A stretch of DNA of 64,000 nucleotides from Monocercomonoides exilis PA203 (taxonomy: Eukaryota > Protista > Preaxostyla). Positions within the stretch are counted from its first letter, which is position 1, and each line of letters starts with the position of its first letter. Below, one piece after another: positions 38,601 through 50,200 of the stretch. Made by a program: the position numbers and the translations under genes. The DNA lies in NCBI GenBank assembly GCA_001643675.2, contig LSRY02000054.1, positions 434,001-498,000 on the forward strand, in the 5' to 3' direction. The notes below the pieces were generated by a model. That model made no database searches. It was given only the letters and a program-made list of their open reading frames with translations, and was not told the DNA's origin.

Positions 38601-39900
38601 AAGAAGAAGCTCTTGACGAAGAAGCAGCAAACGTCGCAGATGAAGGGATAGACAAAAAAACGGATTTTGCAGAAGAAGCCTCATAATGTGCTTAAAGCGT
38701 GTATGACGAGAGTCTGATAATCGTCTTGTATATTTTCCCGCAGGTTGTTCCCTCTACGGAGTGCGCTTCTGAATGGTTATCGAAATGTTCGTCTTCTCTT
38801 TTATTTTTATTCTGCAATTTTTTTTTGTGATGTCTTCTTTATATGTAAGATGTTTAGATGGTTTATCTTCAATGACTTCAGAAGAGTAAGTTAACAAAAT
38901 CACGTTAAGTGAGATTGAATGACATTTTCTTCAGTGACCACACTGAACACAGCTGATGTTGTGTGCATTGCAGCTTGCAAGAGGGCTTTTCCAGCTTTTG
39001 TTAAAGCTTGAGACTATGCTCAAGCAAGTTATCATTTTTTCATTCTTCATCTTCCACTCCATCCATGTCATCTCCTCTATCCTCCTCGCCAACTTCGCAC
39101 ACCTCTTTTTATTGTTCCACTTTCGAAAAGTGTGCGCATGTCTCCTTCTGTAATAATTGAGGAGCTTGTAGTGCATAGTAGCCAGCAGTAGTTGGAGTGA
39201 GAACGACAAGCCCGATGCAGTGCCTGTAAGTGAATTGCTTGCGGTTGATATGTGGAGCGCATAAGACATAAAAGCATGCTGAGCAGCCAATTCAACATCA
39301 CTCGCTCCATCGCTTTCTGCTTCTAGATTGTTTCGACTTTATGCTTCAGATTGGTAGATGCACATAAAAATGCTCCCAATAAAGACTGAATGCGAGCTGG
39401 TTGTAGAGAAATTCGAGGATTATTTTCTCTTCACTAACTTCTGTCATTTCCATATGGTGCGTGACATCTTTTAATTATGTCTTTGTGCCTGGATTTTGCT
39501 TTAGCTTCTGTACAATTTCATCTTCTGTATTCATTTTTTCTTTTTCTTCTTCATTCTCATCTTTTCCAGTTTGAATGTTGCACGCTCCAAAAAAGATAAA
39601 GTTGTTGGCAGGATGTCGTTTTCTTTGTTCGACATTGATGATGTGAAAGAAGAACTGAAAGAGTTGATGGAGAAGAGAGAGAGAGAGAGAGAAGATGAAG
39701 GGAAAAGAAAATGGCAGATTCTGGATGGAATCGATGCATTTGAGGTTTTTGAGACTGATTTGCGATCGTGGGAATTGGATCTGACTGAATTATCTGGTGA
39801 CGATGACTATAATCGTTGTCCGCGTGATACAGAGTGCTTTCCAAAAATGAACAATTCTACCAAATTGAATCTTCAAAATATCTTTTCTTTCCTTCTCGTC
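35640..39900 (+). pseudogene. Series of degenerate coding fragments (coiled-coil and helical proteins)
   Basis: GC-richer, codon-like frames repeatedly broken by in-frame stops, e.g. NELAK*KQENKKMKASYEEKVERLVG*V and FEGEQQQ*PMKE. No family recognised. Confidence 0.5.
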
Positions 39901-39949
39901 TTTTGATGACTCATGTTCATACCAATGGTTTGAAGCTACTCTTCTGAAA

Positions 39950-41834
39950 ACTTCGCTCAGAGTTAATTCTTCTTCTTCTTCTTTTTCTTATTTCTGTTTT
40001 TCCACTTAACATTTTGGAATCTTGTATGAATCTATCCCCAGGATGTATTCAGTCGAACAACTTTCAGCCAAAAAAAATTCTGATGATTCTGAATGTCCCA
40101 AGCTTTCTCATATATTCTCTCTTTATCCTCTTTCATTCTTTTTTTCTCCCTCCCTCTCTGCTCTCCTCCACTTCTCTTCTGAAGAAGGCTCCATCGTCAC
40201 TATCTCAAACGCATTCGGATCCTTTTTGATGTTATCATCAACGATCTCCTTGTATTTTTTTGCTTCATTCTTTGCCTTTCTCCGTCGAACAACAATTAAA
40301 GATAGCAACATTATGAAGACCGAACAAGCAATCACAATTAACAATCAATAAGATTTTCCTTCTTTTCCTCCTTGTACAAGTTTCCCATCTCCATTTGTTT
40401 TCACCTCTCTTGTGTTCTTCAGAATGAAAGGCTCTGTGACCGAGGGAGCATCAGCATTTCGAAAGAGCAGACACGCATACGCCTTTGCCTCCGCTAACGC
40501 CTCTCGAAGAATGCTCTCTTGCATTATCAAAAAGGACTCTTTTTCCTAGACAATCCCTTTCGCATCGAACTCCAACAGATTCAGCAAAACCTCTCTTTCG
40601 ATGGTTGTTTACAGCCGGAATGACAAATTGTAGGATAAAAATACTCCCCCTTGAATATGATTGTGAACTCGCTTTTTGTTTCATTTTTCACCTTTTAGGC
40701 AGAATGGAGTGTTGGGATAAAGAAGAGAGATTGTCTCTAGCGGGGGATGCAGGCAAGCGTGTATTTACTGTCCAGCATCCACAGGGAGGTGTTGACTTTC
40801 GCATTGTCTTCCTCTTTCAAGCTTGCCAGTGTCAGCGATTCTCAATTAGTGTAGGCGATATTCCTGCGGGCATCCACTTAGCTGCATTCCAAAGGGATGT
40901 TTTGACCGGAGGAGCTGTTGCCCACAAACTTTGCATCTTCAATGCGGTCAGCACCTCCTGATACACATAATGCCTCATCAAAGGCGTTTGCCACGGTAAG
41001 ATACCTTATAGATGTTGTTGTGTTGCAAAGATGGACGATATGATGCTGTTTGCGTCGTTTCTGTTTCCATTTGCACTCGCAGCCCATACTGTAGGTATTC
41101 CCTCGAACACGCACATTGCAAGCGAGATAGATCGGCTGCATTGCTTGCACTTATAATGCTCCCCTGCTGCCCAGGTTAATCTGCATCGTTGCCAGAGGAT
41201 GTGTCATATTGTGAGCAGGTGAAATTTGACAGGGATATGTGTGTTGAAATGGAAGACGCAGAAAATGCAGACAATTTAAAGGAGGCATCTGTACTAGTGT
41301 TTGAGCAGTTGAGGAATGAATAGCCAGGAAAGGCAATGTCTCCTGTGGTAGTAGCGGGGAGGCAGAGGACGCTGCCCTGCGAAAACACCAGATGCTCGGC
41401 TGCCACGCTGTGCGCCAAGGCGCTCTGGCACTGGCGGAACTCGAAGGCGCTGGCTAACAGCTGGAGGTGCTGGAGGTTTATGTTTGCGAGGGCAACACGG
41501 TCGGCGGCGGAGAGGAGGAAAAGCAGAAGAGAGAACGTGAGGTGTTTGACGTAGCTGCTATCGACAGTCAAGTGGCCATTCTCGATGGCTAGCAAAGAGA
41601 AGTTGAGGAGTGCTGAATGTTCAGCTGGCGAGGTGGCTGATGAAGTGGCAGAGGAAACAAACTGGACAAAGAAGAGAAAAAGGTGGCCATCGGTGTGGCA
41701 CACAACTGCGCTGCCTGTGTGCGAAAAGTACTTGTTGAAGAGGAAGTCGAGACACTCAATCCGGACGTTTGCAGAGGTTGCAAGGATGGCAGGGCAGCGC
41801 TGAATAAAGGCTTCATTTGCATTATTGGGAACAT
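39950..41834 (-). pseudogene. Pseudogene of a second type-I membrane protein family
   Basis: Fragmented frames. A TM segment LIVIACSVFIMLLSLIVVRRRKAK is followed by FEIVTMEPSSEEKWRRAERE...SLGHSESSE, a tail I recall from the expanded Monocercomonoides membrane-protein family. Confidence 0.65.
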
Positions 41835-42373
41835 TGCAACAAAACAGTTAATTTAAAATAAATCCAAAATTTTATTAACATAAAAGAACAAACAAATCAC
41901 AAACCATCAATTTTGTTAATAATTTTGTTTATTTGGACTTGAATAAGTTGTATTAGCTTCTGTGAAACATTGATGTTCATTATGAGCAATGAAAAATTCC
42001 GATTTTATACAAAACAAGAATTCTTATTATCGTTAAAATATATTCAAAAAATAATCGAAAAATACCATGAAAATTTCATGAATCAACAATTGCAAAACAG
42101 TTTAATCAAGAAAACCCCTTTTTCATATTAAAAAACTGAAATTTTAATTTTGATCAAATACTTGGATGCATAATTTTTTGCTTCAATATATTTCTTCTCA
42201 CTAATAAGTTTGCAATTAACAAACGAACATTTTCATGCTTGTTTCAAATTTTCATAATAATTATGGTAACGGAATGATAATGAATTTTCTTCCATGGGTC
42301 ACATATTTGATCTGATGTCACTTTTCTAAAAAATTTTGACAATTAGAGAATACAATGAGTACAAATTCGGGAC

Positions 42374-44241
42374 TAGGCCTCTGCGACAGACCGACATTTT
42401 CAAAACAACTCGACAGGTCTACCGACAATTTTTATCCAGTTTAAATTTTTTAATAATTAAAAGATTGATATTTTAAATTTAATTTTTTAAAAAAAAAAAA
42501 AACGAAATGAAATATTTTTCTATATTTTTTTATCGATAAATATTATTTTTTTTATAAGGAAATGAATAATCATAATTTTTTCTTTTTTTTCTGAAATTCT
42601 GATAATAATAATGGGTTATCGACAGATCTTTGTCGAGATCAGTCGAACGACAATGATCAGTCGTTTGACAAAGATCAGTCGAGTTGTAAGATATAACCAA
42701 AAATAAATGATTTTTTAACAATTGCTTATTTTTTTTTTATTTTGAGACTTTCTCTCACTCAAAGATTTTACTTTTTTTCATTTTTGAATCATGCTAGCTT
42801 TGATTTCTTATTTTGAAGTTCAATGATTTGTACAAGTTTAATATAAAATGTTGCATTGCTCAAACAAGATTTATGATCATTATGAATAAAAGGAAATGGA
42901 GTTCAGAGTATTTCAAACAATTCTCTTTAATCTTTTTGGTTTTGATTTTTTAAAACAAATTTGATCATCGTTTCAAAAATAACATTTTATTGTTGTGGCA
43001 ATTATATGAAACAATAAAATTGCAGTTTAAAGACTATTGTTATTGCTAATAGTTGAAAAGATCTTTTGTTCAAAGTGAAAATTTGTACAAAAACATATGA
43101 TGCGATTCTTTTTCTGTTTCATGAAACGGTGATAACATATTTGTGAAGGAATATTATTTTCTAAACAAAAAAAGTGAATGAAACGAAGTTCAGATTATTT
43201 TGTATAAACCAGAGAATGAAATATCGCTTAATTGGAGTGAATTTGTGAGATGGCTTGAATATTAGGAAACCACAATGGTGATGAAGGAGCAGATGGAGCT
43301 GTATGCGAAACCGAAGAGGACTGTGGAAAAGAAGGTTGCTGGAATGATAAAATAGTCTGATGACGTGGAAAACGTCACATTTGTCGAAAGAAATTGTTTG
43401 AAAGAAGAGAGAAGGCGAAAAGTGGAAGATGACGAAGGAGAAGTGAAGGAAGAAGAAAAAGAATAAGAAGAGGAGGAAGAAGAAGAGGAGGAGGAGGCGG
43501 AAGAGAAGGAAGAAGAGGAAGAATGATTGGAAGATTTTATTGGGCTGTTACGAATGTGAGTTGAAGAAGAAGAAGAAAAGAAGACGATGAAGTTAAAAGA
43601 ACTCTTTTTGTTAAAGTCTTTTTTCGATTGCTTTCGCAAAAGTTTTCATTTGCTTGTCTTGCTAAATGCTTCACTATCATCTTCATCTTCTTTTTCGTCG
43701 CTTTCATCATCGTCGCTTTCATCCTCATCCTCATCATCATCATCGCTATCTCTCTTTTCCATCTTTGTCGTCTCCTTCATCTCTGCCCTTTCTCTTTCCG
43801 AAATCGCCTCAAACAGCCTGAATTCCTTCCACCCTGCACACACTTTCCTCTTCACCTTGTCTGGAATCATCACTTTTGGCGCTTCAAGTTCAAATCTCCC
43901 TTCTTTCGAAAAGCAAAAAGAGACGTATGAAACATGCGGGCGCGGAAGAGAGATCGGAATGAGCAGCTCAAATTCGAGCAGAAAATATAAAGTTAAAAAC
44001 GGGTGCGGATAGCAAAAGCGAACAAAAGATGTTTTTTTGGCTTTTGAAGGAGTGGAGTGACAATGTTCATTTTTTTGCCGTCTTTGCGTTGTATCGAAGA
44101 AGTTTTGCCTTTCACAAGAAAATTCGAAAGATGCTTTTCAGATAGCATTTTGTGGGTGTTGCGCACGAAAACACGAAGGGTGCGGGAGAGGATGGTGACA
44201 GACTGATCATCTGATGGGAAAAATTAAATTTATGAATAAAC

Positions 44242-44272
<31 letters not shown>

Positions 44273-46945
44273 AAGTTAATTGATTGATTAATTAATCATA
44301 ATTACTTCAAAAGCACAAACCATTGAATATTTTATTCTCTGCCAGCCTGATGAAATTCACTTTTGTTTTGATCTGCTCTTCGAGCGATGCATCCATCTTC
44401 CCACAAACATTCTCCAATTTCAGTGTCAGCGGAACAGCTTCAATTGGATTCGCCAGGCGGTTTCCGAAGAAGAGCGGGCACTGTGTCACAACTGCACGAA
44501 AATTGCGATAACCAGAAGGGAAAAGAGATAGAAAGAGGGTGGAGAAGCTGAAATCTTGGTTCCTCTCTTTCGTCCGCTCCTTCTCGGTGGTGCTGGGCTG
44601 TTCACAGAAGTCGCCCCGCTCCCAAAAACTCTGATCCAGCCAGGATGAACCAAGAAAAGGAACATATTTTGATTTTGACAGATCTTCATTCTCAATCTCT
44701 TCTCTCAGCGTTGCTTCCTCGTCTTCTTCTCCTTCTTCACATTCATCGTTATCATCGCTTTCATCCTCGCCATCATCATCTTCTTCTTCTTCATTACTGT
44801 ATTCTTCTTTGTCATCATCTTCATCTTCATCGTCATCTTTGTCGCTTCCTTCATCAGAACTTCTTTTCCTCTTCGATTTCTTTCGCTTCAAATGTGAATT
44901 TGTTCTTTTCATCTGCCCGATCTTCTTCTTCCTCTTTTGAGTTGCTTTCTTATTTGCATTGCCTTTTGCTATTTTCTGCTTTTGAATCTTTTCCAATGGA
45001 AATGAGCCGATTATCCTCTGCTTCTCTCTCATTTCTTCTTCTTCTGATTCTTCCAGAACTGAATTTATCAGATTCAATGTCCGCTCCAAAATCAGAACTT
45101 GAGGTGTTTTTTTGCTTTTGCGTAGCACTTTCTCTTTCTTCTCTGTTTTTTTCACTTTCAACTGACTCATCTTCATTTTCCCAGTTCTTTTGTCTTTTAC
45201 TTGTCATTTTGATGAAAATTTGTTACTTCTTCATTTTGGATTTCAGTTTTCTTCTGACTCTTCCATGTTTTCAGCTCCGCTTTCATCAGCATTTTGTTCT
45301 TCTGCTTTCTTTTTCTTTCGCGAAGGATCCAGTTCTGCTGGCTCTGCTTCAATGAAGTCTTTTTGCTCGAGCAATTCTTTCTTCATCGTATGCTTTTTAA
45401 TCACTCAATGCGCTGGCGATATGATGACAACCTGTGACAACTATGCATTCCGCTCATCGATGATCGTATATGAAGGCAAAACCTTGATGATCTTTGTGAG
45501 CATCTTGCGGAGAATTAATGTGAAAGTTAGTTCTGGTTCTTGCATTGGAAGGAGATTGGCTGAAAAAACAAAAGAAACAGTCATTTTTTGGATCATAATA
45601 CAAATTAGCAAAACAACAAACGTTGAACGCTAAGATCTGTTTGCACAAATAGCACTCGTGGAGAACCATATGACAGCTTTTTAGTTTAATAATCGAATAA
45701 ACAGAATAAATCAAATAAGAAAAATAACAACACACTTTTTTTGTCTCCTTTGTATAAAAAAGGAAATATGCAGAAGTTTCAGTGCGTGATCAGTCATTTC
45801 AGCAAAAAGCGTATAAGCCTCTTCTCACAGCGTCTTTTTGGCTATTCAAAAATGCACTTCGATACATTGATGCTGTTTGAAAAGAGCACAAATATGAGAA
45901 AAAGAGAAACAAATTGAAGAAGAAGAGGAAAAAGATGATGATGAAATAAAAGAAGAAAAAATCGAAAAAGGGTTTAAGAAAAAGTTATTTTAAAAAATTT
46001 CATTTTTTTTTTTCCTTCTTTTTTCTTTCACACAGAAAGCAAAACAAAATAAATAAATAAAAATAGAAAAGAAAACGAAATATATCATTTTCCCCATCAT
46101 TTTCGAATAAAACGATAAAGATGAAAAAGAATTCTTTTCAAAAATGATCGAAAAGCATACGAAAGAAAACTTTCTTCAGATTTTGCTGAGGATATGTTTG
46201 AGAAGCGAAGAAAGGAAGATTTGAGGAAGATTTGAGGAAGATTTGAGGAAGATTTGAGGAAGATTTGAGGAAGATTTGAGGAAGATTTGAGGAAGATTTG
46301 AGGAAGATTTGAGGAAGAGGAAGAAGAGGAAGAAGAGGAAGAAGAGGAAGAAGAAGAAGAAGAGGAAGAAGAAGAAGGAGGAGGAGGAGTGGAGAGGAGC
46401 CTGGCAGTGGAGAAAGGAGACATCGAAGTGAGCCGGGAAGAGCGGGAGGTGACTGGATGAAGGGAGGAGGATGGAGTTCGGTTTATTAAAGCGACTAAGA
46501 AGAGGTTAAGGAAGGATATGAGAGGAGGAAAAGGAAAAAGAGAAAGTTGAGGCACTTGTGATATGAAATATGGAGTTGTGGAGTGTAATGTGAGATGCTG
46601 TGATGAAGTGGTACAAAATGGAAATTGAGTATCAATTGATGATGGCTGTGTTGAAGTGGGCAGAAGCAAAGGAACTGGTCAAATGGAAGAGGAAGAGGAA
46701 GAAGAAGATGAATAGAATAATTCTTATTCATGAGTAAATTAACTTCGAGTATTTAAAATAGCAACGTTGAAATTATCTCAACTAATCAAATCCACATCAG
46801 CAGCAATGATATCCCAAAAAACTTCCATTCCAAATCATTGTGCTTTATAAAAAACAACAATTATTTTGATTCCTTTCATAAATCTTCTCCAGTTTTTTCA
46901 TTAATTTCTTATTTGTTTTCAAAACACAAAGTTAATTATTATTAT

Positions 46946-46989
<44 letters not shown>

Positions 46990-47127
46990 AGTGAAGTTTA
47001 GGAAACTTTGATATGTCCATGAAGTGCAAAATTAGGGAAAAAACAATCATTTCTTAATTTTCGACAAATGAATAATTTCTCGACCGACAATTTGCACTTA
47101 AAAAAAAATGTGTGTCACAGAGGCCTA
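42374..47127. mobile_element. Non-autonomous hAT-like element (4.75 kb) carrying a degenerate acidic-protein gene; no TSD
   Basis: TIRs TAGGCCTCTGCGACAGAC / GTGTGTCACAGAGGCCTA (16/18 match), with subterminal CGAC repeats clustered at both ends. The internal minus-strand frames (about 43260-45900) contain stops. Confidence 0.7.
46213..46311 (+). repeat. Perfect 11-bp minisatellite (AGGAAGATTTG)x9
   Basis: Nine exact tandem copies, read directly. Confidence 0.95.
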
Positions 47128-47247
47128 CAGCTAACCCTGCGTGACACACTAAATTCTGAAGTGATTTTTTTCTTTTTTCTTTTTCTTTTTCTTTTTCTTT
47201 TTTCTTTTTTTTTTTTTTTTTGATTTTGACAAAAGTGGTATATAACT

Positions 47248-50200
47248 TAAACGTGTGTTACTTTATGACCATTGACAATTAAAAAATTGTTATTGACGGA
47301 CGTGATTTTTATTTTCCCGTCAGGTCCTAATTAATAATTAAAATATTGAACAATTTTAACAAATGAGATTAATAAAAGAATGGAACAAGTTATTCTCAAC
47401 ATTTATTGTAAAAATAATAGAACTTTATGAATTGTCTCAAATAATCATAATTGAAAAAAAATATTACTAATAAAATAATTTCATTAAGGTTCAGTGACCG
47501 CTCAGTTAATCTGGGAATTAATAGATCGACAGACGGTCAGAAATGTCAGTGGAAAATAATCCGTCAGGAGTTGCAAGAAAAGACCACTTTGATCCTGCGA
47601 TATTATCATTTGAAGAAGTTTTTAAAGAAATACTTGAAAAGAAATAGATCGTTTGTTTATTTTAAACAAATGTCTTTTTTATTTGGATAAATTTTATTTG
47701 AAGGAGAAACTTTTCAAATTCCATTCTGAACAATTGAAAAAGTGTGGCTGTAAGTTTATTCAACTGGAAAAGCTTTGCGTATCAAAATATGGACAAGGTT
47801 TGATATTTTTCAAAAAAAGTGAAGTTCTTTCTTTATATATGCATAAAAGTTTTCAAACATCCACGTTTAAAGGAAGTATTCATGTCGAAAATTACACTCG
47901 AATCTTTGAACAACTGTTTGTGGATTTCTTATGTCAAAGTTGAAAAAGATGGAACTCCAAAAAAGGATTGGCATCGATATTTCTTATGTCCTAATTGCAA
48001 AGACGGTATAGCATGCGGAGTTACGGGGAGAAAAAATTACATCACAATAGCAAACCACAAGTGTGATTTGTTGAAAACGCAACATATTTCAACATTACTG
48101 AAACAACATCATCATCATGGCAAACGACTTTTTCTTGAAACTTCAACTTTTCCCAAATTATCTTTGCTGAATCAAGATCTGGAAAAACAGTTTGTTGCAA
48201 TGGTCAGTAAATGCAACATTTCTTTTATGGCAGCTTCATCGAAAGAAATGAACTCATTTATTGGTTCATTAATAAGATATGGACAAGAGAATCCAAATGT
48301 TTCACAGAAAAATATTTTCCCATATTTGACAAGAAGGAAAATATCCCAGATGATTATCAAAGAGAAAATCATATCTGAAAAGGTCAAGCAAAAAAGGATA
48401 GCAAACACAAGTCTCAGTGTAATGATTGATGGAGCTTTGGTTGGAAACAAGCACTTCACTGTTGTCACAGTTGTCCCAATATCATTGAAGGCTTCACCTT
48501 TCTTTTGGGGATTGTACGAGCAATGTTTCTCAACGGAGGAGTTTTTCAATCTGCTTCAACATTTGTCTCAAGAATTCTCCACATTCAATTCTTTTGTGAG
48601 AAGTTACTGCACAGACGGATTCGCTCCACAATTAAAAGCCATTCATCAAATTTCCAAAGAATGCTCAAACAAAAAGTCATTTGATAATAAATGTTTTCCT
48701 GTTGCTCCAGAATTCATTTATTGTTGCAACCATCTTGTAAATTTGGTCATATCCACATCTTTCACTAAAGTTCCTTTTTTGAATGATTTAAAAATGAAAT
48801 TGCAGGAATTTTCTCAAAAGTCCCATTGCAAAATCTACAAATCTTTACTCAGAAAATCCGTTCCTTTCTTTGTCTCAACGAGATGGCATAGTTTATATTT
48901 ATTATGTGAATTCATCAGGAAAAAATACGATGTTATTTACGCTAATTACATGTTAGACTCAATTAGTATTATTGATATAATCAAAACAGAGTTGTTTTTG
49001 TATCCTTTATTCAAATTGCATTTATTCTTTGAACATGATTCAACAAAGTTGTGGAAGGCCTTTCCTCAAATTCTGAAAACATTCGGCTATTATTTCAGTT
49101 TGCTTCAACATTCGCTTTTTTCTGAAGAAAAATGGCACAATGCCATCACAAACATTTTGGTTCAGTTGAATAACTACTTTTTGGAAGGTGCCAGAGGAGA
49201 AATACTTTCTCTTTCATTTGCGTTATCTCCAATTGGAATGCAGCAATATCGCAGAAATAAATTTGTTCAGTCTTTTGTTGAATATTCATCTTTCTTTCAA
49301 AATTTTAATAAAGCTGATTGTTTTTCAAAAACTTCAGACAAAAGTGTTGGAATCAACAAAACAAATCAAATTGCATTACATTTTAACGGAACATACAAAG
49401 ATCTTTCATCTTCAAGATGCACAACATCCAATATTATTATTGAACCGAACAATTTTCAACACCAACATTCAGTTTTGAGCACAGACGCTCAATCTCAAGC
49501 GCTAATTCGTTTGAGCTCGGAGAGTTCAAAGAAAATTAACGTTTTTTTTCAAAATCCTTTAACATGTTCTTTTGAAAATGATTCTTTATATTCGAATACT
49601 CCTTTTAAAATTATTGATCTTTTAGAAATAATATTGAGAAGTGACACATTGACACAGACATAGGATACTGATTTTGTCCAAGAAAATTCAACCGATAGTC
49701 AATCTGAAAGCGATGAATTGGGAATACTTGCAGCGGAAGAAATCGAAGCAGATGATATGTTTGAATTATCAACTGATGAAGATGATTTCGAATATTGTGA
49801 TCTTGTTGATAATAATACTTTAATATCTTCCTCTTCCTCTTCATCCTCCTCTTCCTCTTCCTCCTCTCCTCCAACCTCCACATCTTCACCTTCTGCTTCC
49901 GCTTCAGCTTCGTTATTATCATCAACTTGTTTTTCTTCCTCTTCTTCCTCCTTTTCGTCTTTTTCTTCCTCTTCCTCTTCCTCATCCTTATCCTCTTCTT
50001 CTTCTTCTTCTTTTCCTTTATCATCATCATCTCCTTCTTCCTTTTCGTTTCCACCTTCCCTCGTCTCACACGACACTTCTCTTTCCGCTTTATCATTAAC
50101 ACAAGTTGTTAGTTCAGCTGCTGATTCTTCTTATTCTTTTCCTTCCTCTTCTTCCTCTTCGTCTTCTTTAAATTTCAACTCTTCTATTGACGCAGGATCT

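Noticed and set aside
46213-46311. CRISPR-like or telomeric array
   Set aside because: There are no spacers, the context is eukaryotic and interstitial, and the unit is not a recognisable telomere repeat.
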